Of a stretch of DNA of 64,000 bases, positions 27,934 through 37,838 are shown piece after piece. The translations under genes and the position numbers were made by a program. Each line of letters opens with the position of its first letter. The first letter of the stretch is position 1. Source of the DNA: Candidatus Binatia bacterium (GTDB taxonomy: Bacteria; Desulfobacterota; Binatia; UBA9968; JAJDTQ01); the NCBI GenBank assembly GCA_963666515.2, contig OY762897.2, positions 3,104,001 through 3,168,000 on the forward strand. Reading direction: 5' to 3'. The notes beneath the pieces were generated by a model. It had not been told where the DNA came from. It saw only the letters and a list, made by a program, of their open reading frames with translations, and did no database searches.

Positions 27934-28395
27934 TCAGAGGTCCCTTTCCTTCTCCTCGATGAGGCTGACCACCTCCTCGGGCGTCTGGACGCGCATCAGG
28001 TGTTCCCGGAGCGAGGCGTCCTTCACCAGCCGGGATACACGAGCCAGCGCGCTCAGGTGCTCGGAGGTGGAGCCTTCGGGGGCCACCAGCAGGAAGAAGA
28101 GGTGCGTCGGGGCGCCGTCCTGGGCGTCGAAATCGACCCCTTCGGGGCTGCGGGCGAAGGCGACGAACACGCGCTCCAGTCCCGGCAGCTTGCCGTGGGG
28201 GATGGCGACCCCTTCCCCGATGGCGGTGCTGCATATCCTTTCGCGCGCGCGGACCACCTCGAGCAACCGTTGCGAGTCCTCGAACCCGTAGTGGCTCGAC
28301 ACCCTCGTCACGATCTCTTCGAGCACGGCAGACTTCTCCCGGGCCTGGAGGCTCGGAATGACCGCCTCGGCATCCAGAACGTCGGTGATTCGCAA
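27934..28395 (-). CDS. ptsN: PTS IIA (Ntr/Fru type)
   Basis: RE...STAIGEGVAIPH, FDA.DG.P; follows rpoN. Confidence 0.9.
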   Translation of the reverse strand: MRITDVLDAEAVIPSLQAREKSAVLEEIVTRVSSHYGFEDSQRLLEVVRARERICSTAIGEGVAIPHGKLPGLERVFVAFARSPEGVDFDAQDGAPTHLFFLLVAPEGSTSEHLSALARVSRLVKDASLREHLMRVQTPEEVVSLIEEKERDL

Positions 28396-28423
28396 CCGCT
28401 ACCCCCTTTGTCGACGCGCCGTC

Positions 28424-29872
28424 TCAGTCCGGCGCGGCCCGATCGTTGGCGAAAGGCTGCCGCCGCCGGGACGACGGCAGGATGCCGAGCTGTTCCCGGT
28501 ACTTGGCGACGGTCCGGCGCGCGATGTCGATGCCGACGCCTTGCAGCGCGCCGGCGATCTCCTGGTCGCTCATGGGTTCCCCGGGATCCTCGGACTCCAC
28601 CAGCTTCCTGATCTCGTCCCGGACCGATTCCGAGGATACCACGGCGGCGCCGTCGTTGCGGGCGATGCCGCTCTGAAAGAAGAATTTCAACTCGAACACG
28701 CCCTGGGGCGTATGGGCATACTTGTTGGAGGTGGCGCGGCTGACCGTGGACGGGTGCATGCCGATCTCCGACGCGACCTCGCGCAGCACCAGCGGCCTCA
28801 GACCGGCGACGCCGCGGTCCAGGAACTCGCGCTGGAAACGGAAAATGCTCTCGCTGACCCGGTAGAGGGTCTGCTGGCGCCAGTGGATGCTCTTGATGAG
28901 CCACATCGCGGCGCGGACCTTGGTATCCAGGTACTCCCGCGCTTGGCGGACGTCTTCTCCCCGCTGGCCGGCCAGACGCTGCACCAGCGGACTGACGCGC
29001 AGCGGCGGGACGCCGTCGTCGTTGAGCAAAACGAAGTATTCCCCCGCCACCTTCTGAACGGTTACGTCGGGGATGATGGTGAGGACCTCGTCGTCGTCGA
29101 AACCCCGCGCCGGCTTGGGCTCCAGACAGCCGATGAGGTGGGCGGCCTCGATCACTTCCTCCAGGCCGACGCCCAGGTCCGCCGCTATCCTGTCGTAGTG
29201 CCTGTACTCCAGGTCGTGCAGGTGGTTGGCCACCATCCTGGCGGCCACGCTCTCTCCCATCCCCGCATTGTGGAGCTGCAGCAGCAGGCATTCGCGCAGG
29301 TCCCGCGCGGCGACGCCCACGGGGTCGAAGAACTGGACGTACGCCAGCACCTCTTCGACCGCATCGGGCGGGGCGTGGACCAGTTCGCCGATCTCCTCCA
29401 CCGACGCCTCCAGGTAGCCCCGTTCATCGAGGTTGCCGATGATGTACGCGCCGATGCGCTCGCCGGTCCGGTCCAGCCCGGCCATGCGGAGCTGCCAGAG
29501 CAGGTGTTCCTGGAGCGTCTCCCGGCGGGTCACCGTGTTCTCCAGCGACGGGAAATCGGCCTCGTCCCGGACCGCCTCGGCGCTCCCCACGTCGTGGCGG
29601 GAATTGGAGTGGTTGTCCAGGTAGTCCTGCCAGTCCGCGATCCGGTCGGTGACCGTCATTTCGTGGATCGCTTCCGGCTCGCGCACCGTCCCGGCGCCGC
29701 CGTCTTCGTCGTCGTGCCCCTCCTCCAGGGCGGGGTTGTCCTGCAGTTCCTCGGAGATCCGTTGCTGGAGGTCGAGGTGGGAGAGTTGAAGGAGCTTGAT
29801 GGCCTGCTGCAACTGGGGCGTCATCACCAGTTGCGGCGCGAGTTTCTGCGAGAGCTTGATTCCGAGAGCCAT
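28424..29872 (-). CDS. rpoN: RNA polymerase sigma-54 factor
   Basis: MTPQLQQAIKLLQL region I; RpoN box ARRTVAKYRE. Confidence 0.97.
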   Translation of the reverse strand: MALGIKLSQKLAPQLVMTPQLQQAIKLLQLSHLDLQQRISEELQDNPALEEGHDDEDGGAGTVREPEAIHEMTVTDRIADWQDYLDNHSNSRHDVGSAEAVRDEADFPSLENTVTRRETLQEHLLWQLRMAGLDRTGERIGAYIIGNLDERGYLEASVEEIGELVHAPPDAVEEVLAYVQFFDPVGVAARDLRECLLLQLHNAGMGESVAARMVANHLHDLEYRHYDRIAADLGVGLEEVIEAAHLIGCLEPKPARGFDDDEVLTIIPDVTVQKVAGEYFVLLNDDGVPPLRVSPLVQRLAGQRGEDVRQAREYLDTKVRAAMWLIKSIHWRQQTLYRVSESIFRFQREFLDRGVAGLRPLVLREVASEIGMHPSTVSRATSNKYAHTPQGVFELKFFFQSGIARNDGAAVVSSESVRDEIRKLVESEDPGEPMSDQEIAGALQGVGIDIARRTVAKYREQLGILPSSRRRQPFANDRAAPD

Positions 29873-29876
29873 CGGA

Positions 29877-30599
29877 CTACAGCCTGAATCCCTCGCCCAG
29901 GTAGACCTTGCGCGCCTTGTCGCTGGAGGCGATGTCGTCCGGGGTCCCCTCGGCCAGGACCACGCCTCCGCTGAGGATATAGGCGCGCGTGCATATCTCC
30001 AGGGTTTCCCTGACGTTGTGATCCGTGATCAGCACCCCGATCCCGGCGCCGGTCAGCCGTTGAACGACGGACTTGATATCGGCCAGGGCGATGGGGTCGA
30101 CGCCGGTGAAGGGCTCATCCAGCAGCACGAAGAAAGGCGACAGGATCAGCGCGCGGGCGATCTCGACGCGCCGCCTCTCGCCCCCCGACAGGGTGTAGGC
30201 CTTCTGGTCGGCCAGTTGCGCCAGCCCGAACGTTTGCAGCAGCCGCCGGCTGCGTTCCTCCTCCTCGTCCCTGCCGAGTCCCAGGGTCTCGAGGATGGCC
30301 AGCAGGTTCTGCCTGACGGTGAGGCCCCGGAACACAGAAGACTCCTGCGGCAGGTAGCTGATGCCCGCCCGCGCCCGGCGGAAGATCGGCGCCGCGGTCA
30401 GGTCCGTCCCGTCGAGGCTGACCTTCCCTCCGTCGGCCCGGACCAGGCCGATGACGATGTGGAACAGGGTGGTCTTCCCCGCTCCGTTGGGCCCCAGCAG
30501 ACCGACGACCTCCCCGCTCCTTACTTCGAGCGTCACCCGGTCCACGACCCGACGGCCTCGATACGCCTTCACGATTCCATCTGCGTTGAGAACGCTCAT
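29877..30599 (-). CDS. lptB: LPS export ABC ATPase LptB
   Basis: GPNGAGKTT, YLPQE.S.F, LSGGERRRVEIAR, DEPF, TDHNVRETL. Confidence 0.95.
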   Translation of the reverse strand: MSVLNADGIVKAYRGRRVVDRVTLEVRSGEVVGLLGPNGAGKTTLFHIVIGLVRADGGKVSLDGTDLTAAPIFRRARAGISYLPQESSVFRGLTVRQNLLAILETLGLGRDEEEERSRRLLQTFGLAQLADQKAYTLSGGERRRVEIARALILSPFFVLLDEPFTGVDPIALADIKSVVQRLTGAGIGVLITDHNVRETLEICTRAYILSGGVVLAEGTPDDIASSDKARKVYLGEGFRL

Positions 30600-30626
30600 C
30601 GCCCGGGAGGAAAACGCGTGGACCGT

Positions 30627-31181
30627 TCAGCGATTCAACTGTCCGGGGAAGATCACCGCCCGGACCCGCCCCTCGCTGTTCTCCACCACGCTGCGGTCCT
30701 CTTTCATGTAGATGGTGATGCGGTCGCCCGAGATGCTGCTGTCGCCCTCGCGCACGGTGGTGTTGCCGGTCACGGTGATGGTCTCCTTCACGCCGTCGAA
30801 GACGGCCTTGTCGCCGGTCATCTCGCGTCCCCCGTGGCGCACCTGAACGTTCCCTTCGGCGGCCACGCTCCTTAACCCTCCGTCGCCGGCGTCATAGCGC
30901 GCGGACAGCACGTCGCTGGTGATCCTGACGTCGTCCCGCTCCACCAGGACGTTGCCCTTGTAGATGATGGTGTTGCTGTTGCGCCGAAGCTCCATGGAGT
31001 CCGCGGTGATCACCACCGGGGTGTCCGTGTCCGCAAACAGGCCGCGGCCGGCCGGCGCCTTGCTCCCGGCGGCGCCCTCGGCCGCAAGTCCCGTGGAGAC
31101 GAGTCCCGCAGGGATCATCGCGTGCAGGAGCACGAGGACAGCGAGGCGGAACGCGCGTCCGGTTCGTGCGCTACAGGCCAT
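30627..31181 (-). CDS. lptA: LPS transport periplasmic protein LptA
   Basis: Signal peptide, P..ITAD.M, GNV beta-jellyroll repeats, GRVRAVI; lies between lptC and lptB. Confidence 0.85.
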   Translation of the reverse strand: MACSARTGRAFRLAVLVLLHAMIPAGLVSTGLAAEGAAGSKAPAGRGLFADTDTPVVITADSMELRRNSNTIIYKGNVLVERDDVRITSDVLSARYDAGDGGLRSVAAEGNVQVRHGGREMTGDKAVFDGVKETITVTGNTTVREGDSSISGDRITIYMKEDRSVVENSEGRVRAVIFPGQLNR

Positions 31182-31779
31182 CGGCCGCCCTCGATGGGCC
31201 GGGAAGCCCCGCGTGGATGGTGGTTTTCACGGCGCCCTGAACCTCTATGGTCCCGGTCGCCAGCGAGTAGGTCATGTTCTCACCCTCGAATTCGACCCCG
31301 TCCACCACGGCCCTGAACCTGCCGGGGCTGACGATACGGCCGTCGGAATGAAGGTAGACGAGCTTGTCGGTGCGAAACCTCGCGTCCCGGTAGGTCACGT
31401 CCACCGCGCCGTCGAAAACCGCCCGCCGCAGGCGCCCGCCCGGCAGAAAAACGTTCCCTTCCCGGCCCCTGGCCTCCAGTGTCCCGCCGTTCTCCCGGTA
31501 GAAGGCCAGCCGCGGACGGCTGATCGCGGCCCGCTCCTCGGCCTTGAACCAGGTGGCCTCGGCCCCCTTGATCTCCCACGCCTTGCGGCCGTCCTCGATC
31601 ATGCTCCGGTGGAAGTTCCTGACCTGCAACGGCACTCCGGGCGTGAATTGCAGCACGTCTCCAGGGTCCCGGCTCGCCTGCTCCCGCATGTGTTGCGCCA
31701 CCTCGATACCGACGAAGATCGTCCCGGCGGCCAGCACCAGCAGGAGCGACAACCGTTGCGATAACCGTTTGGACCGCAT
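31171..31779 (-). CDS. lptC: LPS export protein LptC
   Basis: N-terminal TM helix then a beta-jellyroll (WEIKG..A); synteny kdsC-lptC-lptA; start uncertain. Confidence 0.75.
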   Translation of the reverse strand: MRSKRLSQRLSLLLVLAAGTIFVGIEVAQHMREQASRDPGDVLQFTPGVPLQVRNFHRSMIEDGRKAWEIKGAEATWFKAEERAAISRPRLAFYRENGGTLEARGREGNVFLPGGRLRRAVFDGAVDVTYRDARFRTDKLVYLHSDGRIVSPGRFRAVVDGVEFEGENMTYSLATGTIEVQGAVKTTIHAGLPGPSRAADGL

Positions 31780-31853
31780 CCAGGCTCCAGGCTCTTGGGA
31801 TAGCAACTCCATCATGGGGTGTAAAGAAGCGGGCATGAAATTTGCGTACACTT

Positions 31854-32426
31854 CTAGCGGTCGTACTCCTCAAGCAGGGCGTCCCACCGGCCGGTGAGGC
31901 GCAGCAGCAGTTCCGCCACCTCGCGCACGGCGCCGCGGCCGCCCTCACGGACGGTGACGTAGTGCGCGTGCGGTTTCAGGCCGTCCCAGGCATTCTTCAC
32001 CGCTACGGCGAAGGCCACCCGTCGCAGCACCGGCAGGTCCTGCATGTCGTCGCCCACGTAGGCGATCTCGGCGTCGGTCAGGCCCGTGTCGGCCTTGACC
32101 CTGTCGTAGCCGCGCAGCTTGTCGGCGACGTTCTGATAGACGAGCCCGATGGACAGGCGCTCGGCGCGCACCGCCACCGCGCGGGACGCCCGGCCGGTCA
32201 AGAGCCCCACGCGGATGCCCGCCTGCTGGAGCAGCTTGACGCCGTGGCCGTCCTGGACGTCGAAGCGCGTGACCTCCTGGCCCCGTTCGTCGATGACGAT
32301 GCCGCCGTCGGTCAGCACGCCGTCCACGTCCAGCAGCAGCAGCTTGACGGCCCGGACCCTGCGCCGCAGCTCCTCCGCCGCCGGTTGCGCCGCGGGCTCA
32401 GACGATGCCGGCTTTGAGCAGGTCAT
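31854..32426 (-). CDS. kdsC: KDO 8-phosphate phosphatase
   Basis: DVDGVLTDG, F..QDG.G, GDD..D, GGRGAVRE; start uncertain. Confidence 0.93.
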   Translation of the reverse strand: MTCSKPASSEPAAQPAAEELRRRVRAVKLLLLDVDGVLTDGGIVIDERGQEVTRFDVQDGHGVKLLQQAGIRVGLLTGRASRAVAVRAERLSIGLVYQNVADKLRGYDRVKADTGLTDAEIAYVGDDMQDLPVLRRVAFAVAVKNAWDGLKPHAHYVTVREGGRGAVREVAELLLRLTGRWDALLEEYDR

Positions 32427-33384
32427 GGAGGTGGATGACGCCCTGGGGGCGCTCGGAGCCGCCGGCCTTGATGAAGAGGGAGGTGATGGAGAACTTCTGC
32501 ATCAGGGCGACGGCTTCGGCCGCCAGCGAGTCGGCGCCGATGGTCTTGGGGTCGCGGGTCATGATCTCCGCGGCCTCGCGGTCGAGGATGCCGGCCTTGC
32601 CGTCGCTCCGGGCGAGACAGCGCCGCAGGTCGCCGTCGGTGATGATGCCGACGAGCGCCGACCCCCCATCGACCACGCCGGTGACTCCGAGCCGCTTGGA
32701 GGTGATCTCCAGCAGGATGTCCTTGAGGGGGGTGTCCTCGGACACCAGCGGCATCTCCTCGCCCTGGTGCATCAGGTCCCGGGTGCGGAGGAGCAGCCGG
32801 CGGCCCAGCGCGCCGCCGGGGTGGCGGAGCAGGAAGTCCTCGGTCTTGAACCCCCGGCGCTCCAGCAGCACCACGGCGAGGGCGTCGCCCATGGCCAGCG
32901 CCGCGGTGGTGCTGGCGGTGGGGGACAGGCCCAGGGGACAGGCTTCCGCGGGCACGCCGACGTCGAGCACCACGTCCGCGGAAAGGGCCAGGGCGGACTG
33001 CGCGTTGCCGGTCATGGCGACCAGCGGGAGGCTCCAGCGCTTGATCAGCGGCAGCATCTTCAGGACTTCTTCGGACTCGCCGCTGTTGGACACCGCCAGC
33101 ACCACGTCGTCGCGCATGATCATGCCCAGGTCGCCGTGGCTCGCCTCGGCCGCGTGGAGGAAGAACGACGGCGTGCCGGTGCTGGCCAGGGTGGCCGCGA
33201 TCTTGTGGCAGACGAGGCCCGACTTGCCCACGCCGGTGACGATGACCTTGCCGGTGCAGTCGTGCAGGACGTCCACGGCGCGGGCGAACGCTTCGCCGAC
33301 GCGGTCCCTGGCTGCGGCGATGCCGCCGATCTCGACGTCCAGGACCTCGCGCGCCTTGCGGATGACGTCCGCCGCCCCGCCCAT
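32398..33384 (-). CDS. kdsD: Arabinose-5-phosphate isomerase (KpsF/GutQ)
   Basis: GVGKSG, EASHGDLG, PTASTT, HPGG.LG, C-terminal CBS pair. Confidence 0.95.
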   Translation of the reverse strand: MGGAADVIRKAREVLDVEIGGIAAARDRVGEAFARAVDVLHDCTGKVIVTGVGKSGLVCHKIAATLASTGTPSFFLHAAEASHGDLGMIMRDDVVLAVSNSGESEEVLKMLPLIKRWSLPLVAMTGNAQSALALSADVVLDVGVPAEACPLGLSPTASTTAALAMGDALAVVLLERRGFKTEDFLLRHPGGALGRRLLLRTRDLMHQGEEMPLVSEDTPLKDILLEITSKRLGVTGVVDGGSALVGIITDGDLRRCLARSDGKAGILDREAAEIMTRDPKTIGADSLAAEAVALMQKFSITSLFIKAGGSERPQGVIHLHDLLKAGIV

Positions 33385-33385
33385 G

Positions 33386-34222
33386 TCACCGGCCTCCGCG
33401 GTCCTTGACCCGGTCGTCGATGTCCTTGACCGCGCGCAGCAGCTCGTCGAGCCCGTCGAGGGGGAAGGAGGTGGGGCCGTCGCTCAGGGCCCGGTCCGGG
33501 TCCTCGTGGACCTCCATGAACAGGCCGTCCACCCCGACCGCCGCTCCCGCCCGCGCCAGCGGCGCGATGAACCGGCGGTCGCCGCCCGAGGCATTGCCCA
33601 GGCCGCCGGGAAGCTGCAGGCTGTGGGTGGCGTCGAAGACCACCGGGAACCCGGTCTCGCGCATGATCACCAGCGAGCGCATGTCCGACACCAGGTTGTT
33701 GTAGCCGAACGAGACCCCGCGCTCGGTCAGCAGCACGTTGGCGTTGCCCGCGGCCACGACCTTGGCGGCGACGTTGCGGACGTCCCAGGGCGCCAGGAAC
33801 TGGCCCTTCTTCACGTTCACCACCTTGGCGGCGCGCGCGACCGCGGTCACGAAATCCGTCTGCCGGCAGAGGAAGGCCGGGATCTGGGCCACGTCCACGA
33901 CTTCGCAGGCCGGGCCGATCTGGTCCGGCTCGTGCACGTCGGTGAGCACCGGCACGCCGACCTCGCGCTTCACCTCCTCCAGGATGCGCAGCCCTTCGTC
34001 GAGGCCCGGGCCGCGAAAGGAGTCCAGGGAGGTGCGGTTGGCCTTGTCGTAGGACGACTTGTAGACGAACGGGATGCCAAGGCGCCGGGTCAGCCCTTGC
34101 AGGTACGACGCGTGCCGCAACGCCGAGTCCCGGTTCTCGATGACGCAGGAGCCGGCGATCAGGGCGAGCGGCCGCCCGCCCCCGACGCGGATGCCGCCGA
34201 TGGGGACCTCGGTTGCGGTCAT
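33386..34222 (-). CDS. kdsA: KDO 8-phosphate synthase
   Basis: [35 protein letters not shown]; start overlaps the pyrG stop. Confidence 0.96.
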   Translation of the reverse strand: MTATEVPIGGIRVGGGRPLALIAGSCVIENRDSALRHASYLQGLTRRLGIPFVYKSSYDKANRTSLDSFRGPGLDEGLRILEEVKREVGVPVLTDVHEPDQIGPACEVVDVAQIPAFLCRQTDFVTAVARAAKVVNVKKGQFLAPWDVRNVAAKVVAAGNANVLLTERGVSFGYNNLVSDMRSLVIMRETGFPVVFDATHSLQLPGGLGNASGGDRRFIAPLARAGAAVGVDGLFMEVHEDPDRALSDGPTSFPLDGLDELLRAVKDIDDRVKDRGGR

Positions 34223-35877
34223 GGCCTCGACGAGTCCGCGACGATGCGCATGCGCGGGACTTCCTCGACCGGCGAACGCTGCTGCAAGGCGGCCCGGATG
34301 AAGCCCTTGAACAGCGGATGGCACTCCGTCGGACGGGACTTGAACTCCGGGTGGAACTGGCAGCCCACGAACCAGGGGTGGTCCGCCATCTCGATGATCT
34401 CCACCAGGCTGCCGTCGGGAGACAGGCCGCTGATCCGCATTCCCTTCTCCTGCATCAGCTCCCGGTAGCGGTTGTTGAACTCGTAGCGATGCCGGTGGCG
34501 CTCCGAGATGCGCTTCTTCCGGTACATCCTGGCCGACAGGGAATCGGAGGCCAGCACGCACGGGTAGGCGCCCAGGCGCATGGTCCCGCCCATCTTGTCC
34601 ACGTCCTTCTGCTCGTCCATCAAGTGTATCACCGGGTGTCTGGTCCCGGGGTCGAACTCCACCGAGTTGGCGCCCTTGAGGGAACAGACGTTGCGGGCGA
34701 ACTCGGCCACGGCGATCTGCATCCCCAGGCAGATGCCGAAGAACGGCACCTTGTTCTCGCGCGCGTAGCGCACCGCGCGGACCTTGCCCTCGGTGCCGCG
34801 GTCGCCGAACCCCCCGGGTATCAGGATGCCCTGGACGCCTCCCAGGAGCTTCTGGACATCCTGCTTTTCCATCTTCTCCGCGTCGATGCCGTCCAGCTCG
34901 ACGTGCACTCCGTTGGCGATGCCGCCGTGGACCAGCGCCTCCAGCAGGCTCTTGTACGACTCCTTGAGCTCCATGTACTTCCCCACCACCGCGATCCGCA
35001 CCGATTCCCGCGCGCTCTTCAGGATGTGCACCGTCTTCTGCCACTTGCGCAGGTTGGGAGCGCCGGTCCACATCTGGAGCCGCTCGACGATGCGGTCGTC
35101 CAGGCCCTCCTGGTGGAACACCAGCGGCACCTCGTAGATCCACTCCACGTCCTTGGCCGTGATGACCGAGTTCTCGTCCACGTTGCAGAAGCTGGCGATC
35201 TTCGCCTTGAGATTCCGGTTCAGCAGGCGGTCGGTCCGGCACAGCAGGAAATCGGGTTGTATCCCGAGGCCGGTAAGCTCCTTCACGCTGTGCTGGGTGG
35301 GCTTGGTCTTCAACTCGCCGCCGGGGGCGATGTACGGCACGTAGGTGAGGTGGACGTAGATGACGTTCTCCCTGCCGTAGTCCCGGCCGAACTGCCGGAT
35401 GGCCTCCAGGAAGGGGAGGCCCTCGATGTCGCCGACGGTGCCGCCCACCTCGCAGATGGCGATGTCGCAGTCCTCCGCCGCGGCCACGATGCGGCGCTTG
35501 ATCTCGTCGGTGACGTGGGGAATGACCTGGACCGTCCCTCCCAGGTAGTCGCCCCGGCGCTCCTTGGTGATGACCGTGTCGTACACCTGGCCGGTGGTGA
35601 AGTTGTTGGCCCGTCCGGTGGGGGAGGAGACGTAACGCTCGTAGTGTCCCAGGTCCAGGTCGGTCTCCGCGCCGTCGTCGGTGACGAACACCTCGCCGTG
35701 CTGATAGGGACTCATGGTGCCCGGGTCGACGTTGATGTAGGGGTCCATCTTCAGCAGGGTCACCTTGAGCCCGCGGCTTTCCAGCAGCGCGCCGATGGAG
35801 GCCGAGGCCAGCCCCTTGCCCAGCGACGACATGACCCCGCCGGTGACGAAAATGAACTTCTGCCGCAAGTTAGCCAT
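34219..35877 (-). CDS. pyrG: CTP synthase
   Basis: [34 protein letters not shown]. Confidence 0.98.
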   Translation of the reverse strand: MANLRQKFIFVTGGVMSSLGKGLASASIGALLESRGLKVTLLKMDPYINVDPGTMSPYQHGEVFVTDDGAETDLDLGHYERYVSSPTGRANNFTTGQVYDTVITKERRGDYLGGTVQVIPHVTDEIKRRIVAAAEDCDIAICEVGGTVGDIEGLPFLEAIRQFGRDYGRENVIYVHLTYVPYIAPGGELKTKPTQHSVKELTGLGIQPDFLLCRTDRLLNRNLKAKIASFCNVDENSVITAKDVEWIYEVPLVFHQEGLDDRIVERLQMWTGAPNLRKWQKTVHILKSARESVRIAVVGKYMELKESYKSLLEALVHGGIANGVHVELDGIDAEKMEKQDVQKLLGGVQGILIPGGFGDRGTEGKVRAVRYARENKVPFFGICLGMQIAVAEFARNVCSLKGANSVEFDPGTRHPVIHLMDEQKDVDKMGGTMRLGAYPCVLASDSLSARMYRKKRISERHRHRYEFNNRYRELMQEKGMRISGLSPDGSLVEIIEMADHPWFVGCQFHPEFKSRPTECHPLFKGFIRAALQQRSPVEEVPRMRIVADSSRP

Positions 35878-36625
35878 GTCGTTTCCTCGGCTGGAGCCGG
35901 CTCCAGTACTCCTCGGCCCGTTCCAGGTCGTCCGGGGTGTCCACCTCCACGCCCGTTTCCTCCACGTCCGCGACCCGTATGCGGAAACCGTGGTGCAACG
36001 CCCGCAACTGTTCCAGACCCTCGGTCAACTCCAGCGCCACCGCCGGCATGGCGGCGATGCGCAGCAGGAAGTCGCGCCGGTACGCGTAGATGCCCAGGTG
36101 ACGGTGACCCCAATGAACGGGCCCGGCCGGCGCCTCCCGGTGGAAAGGGATGGGCGCGCGGGAGAAGTAGCAGGCGAAGCCCTGCCGGTCCGTCACCACC
36201 TTGACCACGTTCGGGTTGAGGAACTCCCGTTCCGAGGTGATGGGCGTGCGCGCCGTGGCCATGGGAACGGCCGGGTCCTGCATCAGGCAGCCCACGCACC
36301 TGCGGATGGTCTCCGCCTGGATGAAGGGGAGGTCCCCCTGGACGTTGACGATCCACTCGGCCTGGAGGCCGCCGGCCACTTCGGCCAGCCGGTCCGTGCC
36401 GCTCAGATGATCCCCGGCTGTCATCACCGCCTCCCCGCCGAAGGCCCGCACCGCGTCCAGGATGCGCCGGTCGTCGGTGGCCACCACGGTCCGGCGCACG
36501 AGGTCCGCGGCCGCGGTGCGCTCGTAGACGTGCCGGATCATCGGCTTCGTACCGATCCTTGCCAGCGGCTTGCCGGGAAACCGCGTCGATCCGTAACGCG
36601 CCGGTATGATTGCCACCACGGACAT
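35870..36625 (-). CDS. kdsB: CMP-KDO synthetase
   Basis: [39 protein letters not shown]. Confidence 0.96.
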   Translation of the reverse strand: MSVVAIIPARYGSTRFPGKPLARIGTKPMIRHVYERTAAADLVRRTVVATDDRRILDAVRAFGGEAVMTAGDHLSGTDRLAEVAGGLQAEWIVNVQGDLPFIQAETIRRCVGCLMQDPAVPMATARTPITSEREFLNPNVVKVVTDRQGFACYFSRAPIPFHREAPAGPVHWGHRHLGIYAYRRDFLLRIAAMPAVALELTEGLEQLRALHHGFRIRVADVEETGVEVDTPDDLERAEEYWSRLQPRKRHG

Positions 36626-36700
36626 GGAATATGTCACGATATCACGGGTGAGGGGACGCCCCGCGGCACGGGCCGTCAACCCGTCCGGAGACCTGGAGGA

Positions 36701-36730
36701 ATCATATCCCCCGACCGTCGAGGCTGTCAA
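36701..36730 (-). promoter_or_regulatory. sigma70 promoter of the kdsB-pyrG-lpt-rpoN run
   Basis: Minus strand TTGACA-18nt-TATGAT. Confidence 0.65.
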
Positions 36731-36881
36731 ATCGCGGGGGGGTATCGGCTTGCTTTTGGGGACGACTTTCTATAAGGTCGGCGCAACCTCAACTTGCCGC
36801 GTCGCGGCGTAAAGCGGTCAGGCCGGAGCGACGCCGGGAACACGTTGCGTGACCGGCGCTCGCTGCAAAGGAGGAGTGGAG

Positions 36882-37064
36882 ATGGAGCTGCCTAAATGTC
36901 AGAAATGCGACACTGGCACGTTGATCCCGCTTTCGGACTACGGTCAGGACGGCGCCTCGGTGAGGTACAAGGCGTGGGTCTGCACCAACCTTGAATGCGG
37001 ATTCTCCCTCAGGATAGACAAGGGCGAGGTCAGCTACGGGCGCAGGATCGACCTGAAGCGCTAG
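36882..37064 (+). CDS. Small zinc-ribbon protein (60 aa)
   Basis: CxxC...CxxxxC; strong RBS AAAGGAGG; candidate promoter TTGCTT-17nt-TAAGGT upstream. Confidence 0.8.
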   Translation: MELPKCQKCDTGTLIPLSDYGQDGASVRYKAWVCTNLECGFSLRIDKGEVSYGRRIDLKR

Positions 37065-37068
37065 CGTC

Positions 37069-37788
37069 CTAGCCGCCCCTGCTCGCGAAAAAATTGGCCA
37101 GCCGGGTCACCCCGTACTGGGCCGCCGCCTCGGTGGACCACTCAGCCGTGTCCCTGAAAAACGCCTTGGTGGCCTGCAGCCCCTGGAGGTCGCGGCCCGC
37201 CAGCGTCTCCATCCAGCGCTTCTTCTCGTCCTCCAACCGGTCACCCGGCACCACCCGGTTCACCAGACCCTGCCGCTCGGCCTCCCCGGCGCTGATCTCG
37301 CCTCCGGTCATGACCAGCTCCAGGGCCTTCTTCCGGTGTATCCAGCGGCTCAGGTAGGACATGACGATGGTGGGCGGGAAACCGGCGTTGATCTCCGGGA
37401 ACGCGAACCTGGCGTCCTCCGCGGCGAGGGTCACGTCGCTCTGGACCGCCAGCCCGCAGCCGAAGCCGAAAGCCTTTCCCCGCACCACCGCCACACTGAT
37501 CCCCGGAAAGGACTGCAACAACTTGTTGACGCGCACGATGCGGCCCAGGGCTTCGGCGAACTGGGCGGCGTTCTCGGGCCGGGGCACGTCCGGCTCGCGT
37601 CCGGAGCAGAAGTGCTCTCCCCTACCCTCGATGACCAGCAGCCGGAGAGCCTTGTCGGCCGCGGCTTCGGTCAGGCTCTCGGTGAGCGCCAGCATCAATT
37701 CGAGGTCCACCGCGTTGCCTTTCTCCGGCCGGTTCAGCGTAATGCTGGCGGTGTCGCCCGCCTTGTCGAGCAGGACCTTGTCGGACAT
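37069..37788 (-). CDS. Enoyl-CoA hydratase/isomerase family
   Basis: ITLNRPEKGNA, FCSG, A.G.G..LA, FAFPE...G, A...GLVNRVV. Confidence 0.9.
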   Translation of the reverse strand: MSDKVLLDKAGDTASITLNRPEKGNAVDLELMLALTESLTEAAADKALRLLVIEGRGEHFCSGREPDVPRPENAAQFAEALGRIVRVNKLLQSFPGISVAVVRGKAFGFGCGLAVQSDVTLAAEDARFAFPEINAGFPPTIVMSYLSRWIHRKKALELVMTGGEISAGEAERQGLVNRVVPGDRLEDEKKRWMETLAGRDLQGLQATKAFFRDTAEWSTEAAAQYGVTRLANFFASRGG

Positions 37789-37838
37789 GGAAGTCTCCCT
37801 TTCCGCGCGGGTGGACGAGTCGGCGACCCGCGGTCGCC

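Noticed and set aside
36810-36840. GGTCAGGCCGGA resembling the SRP RNA core
   Set aside because: Lacks the following AGGAAGCAGC-like segment and the long closing helix.
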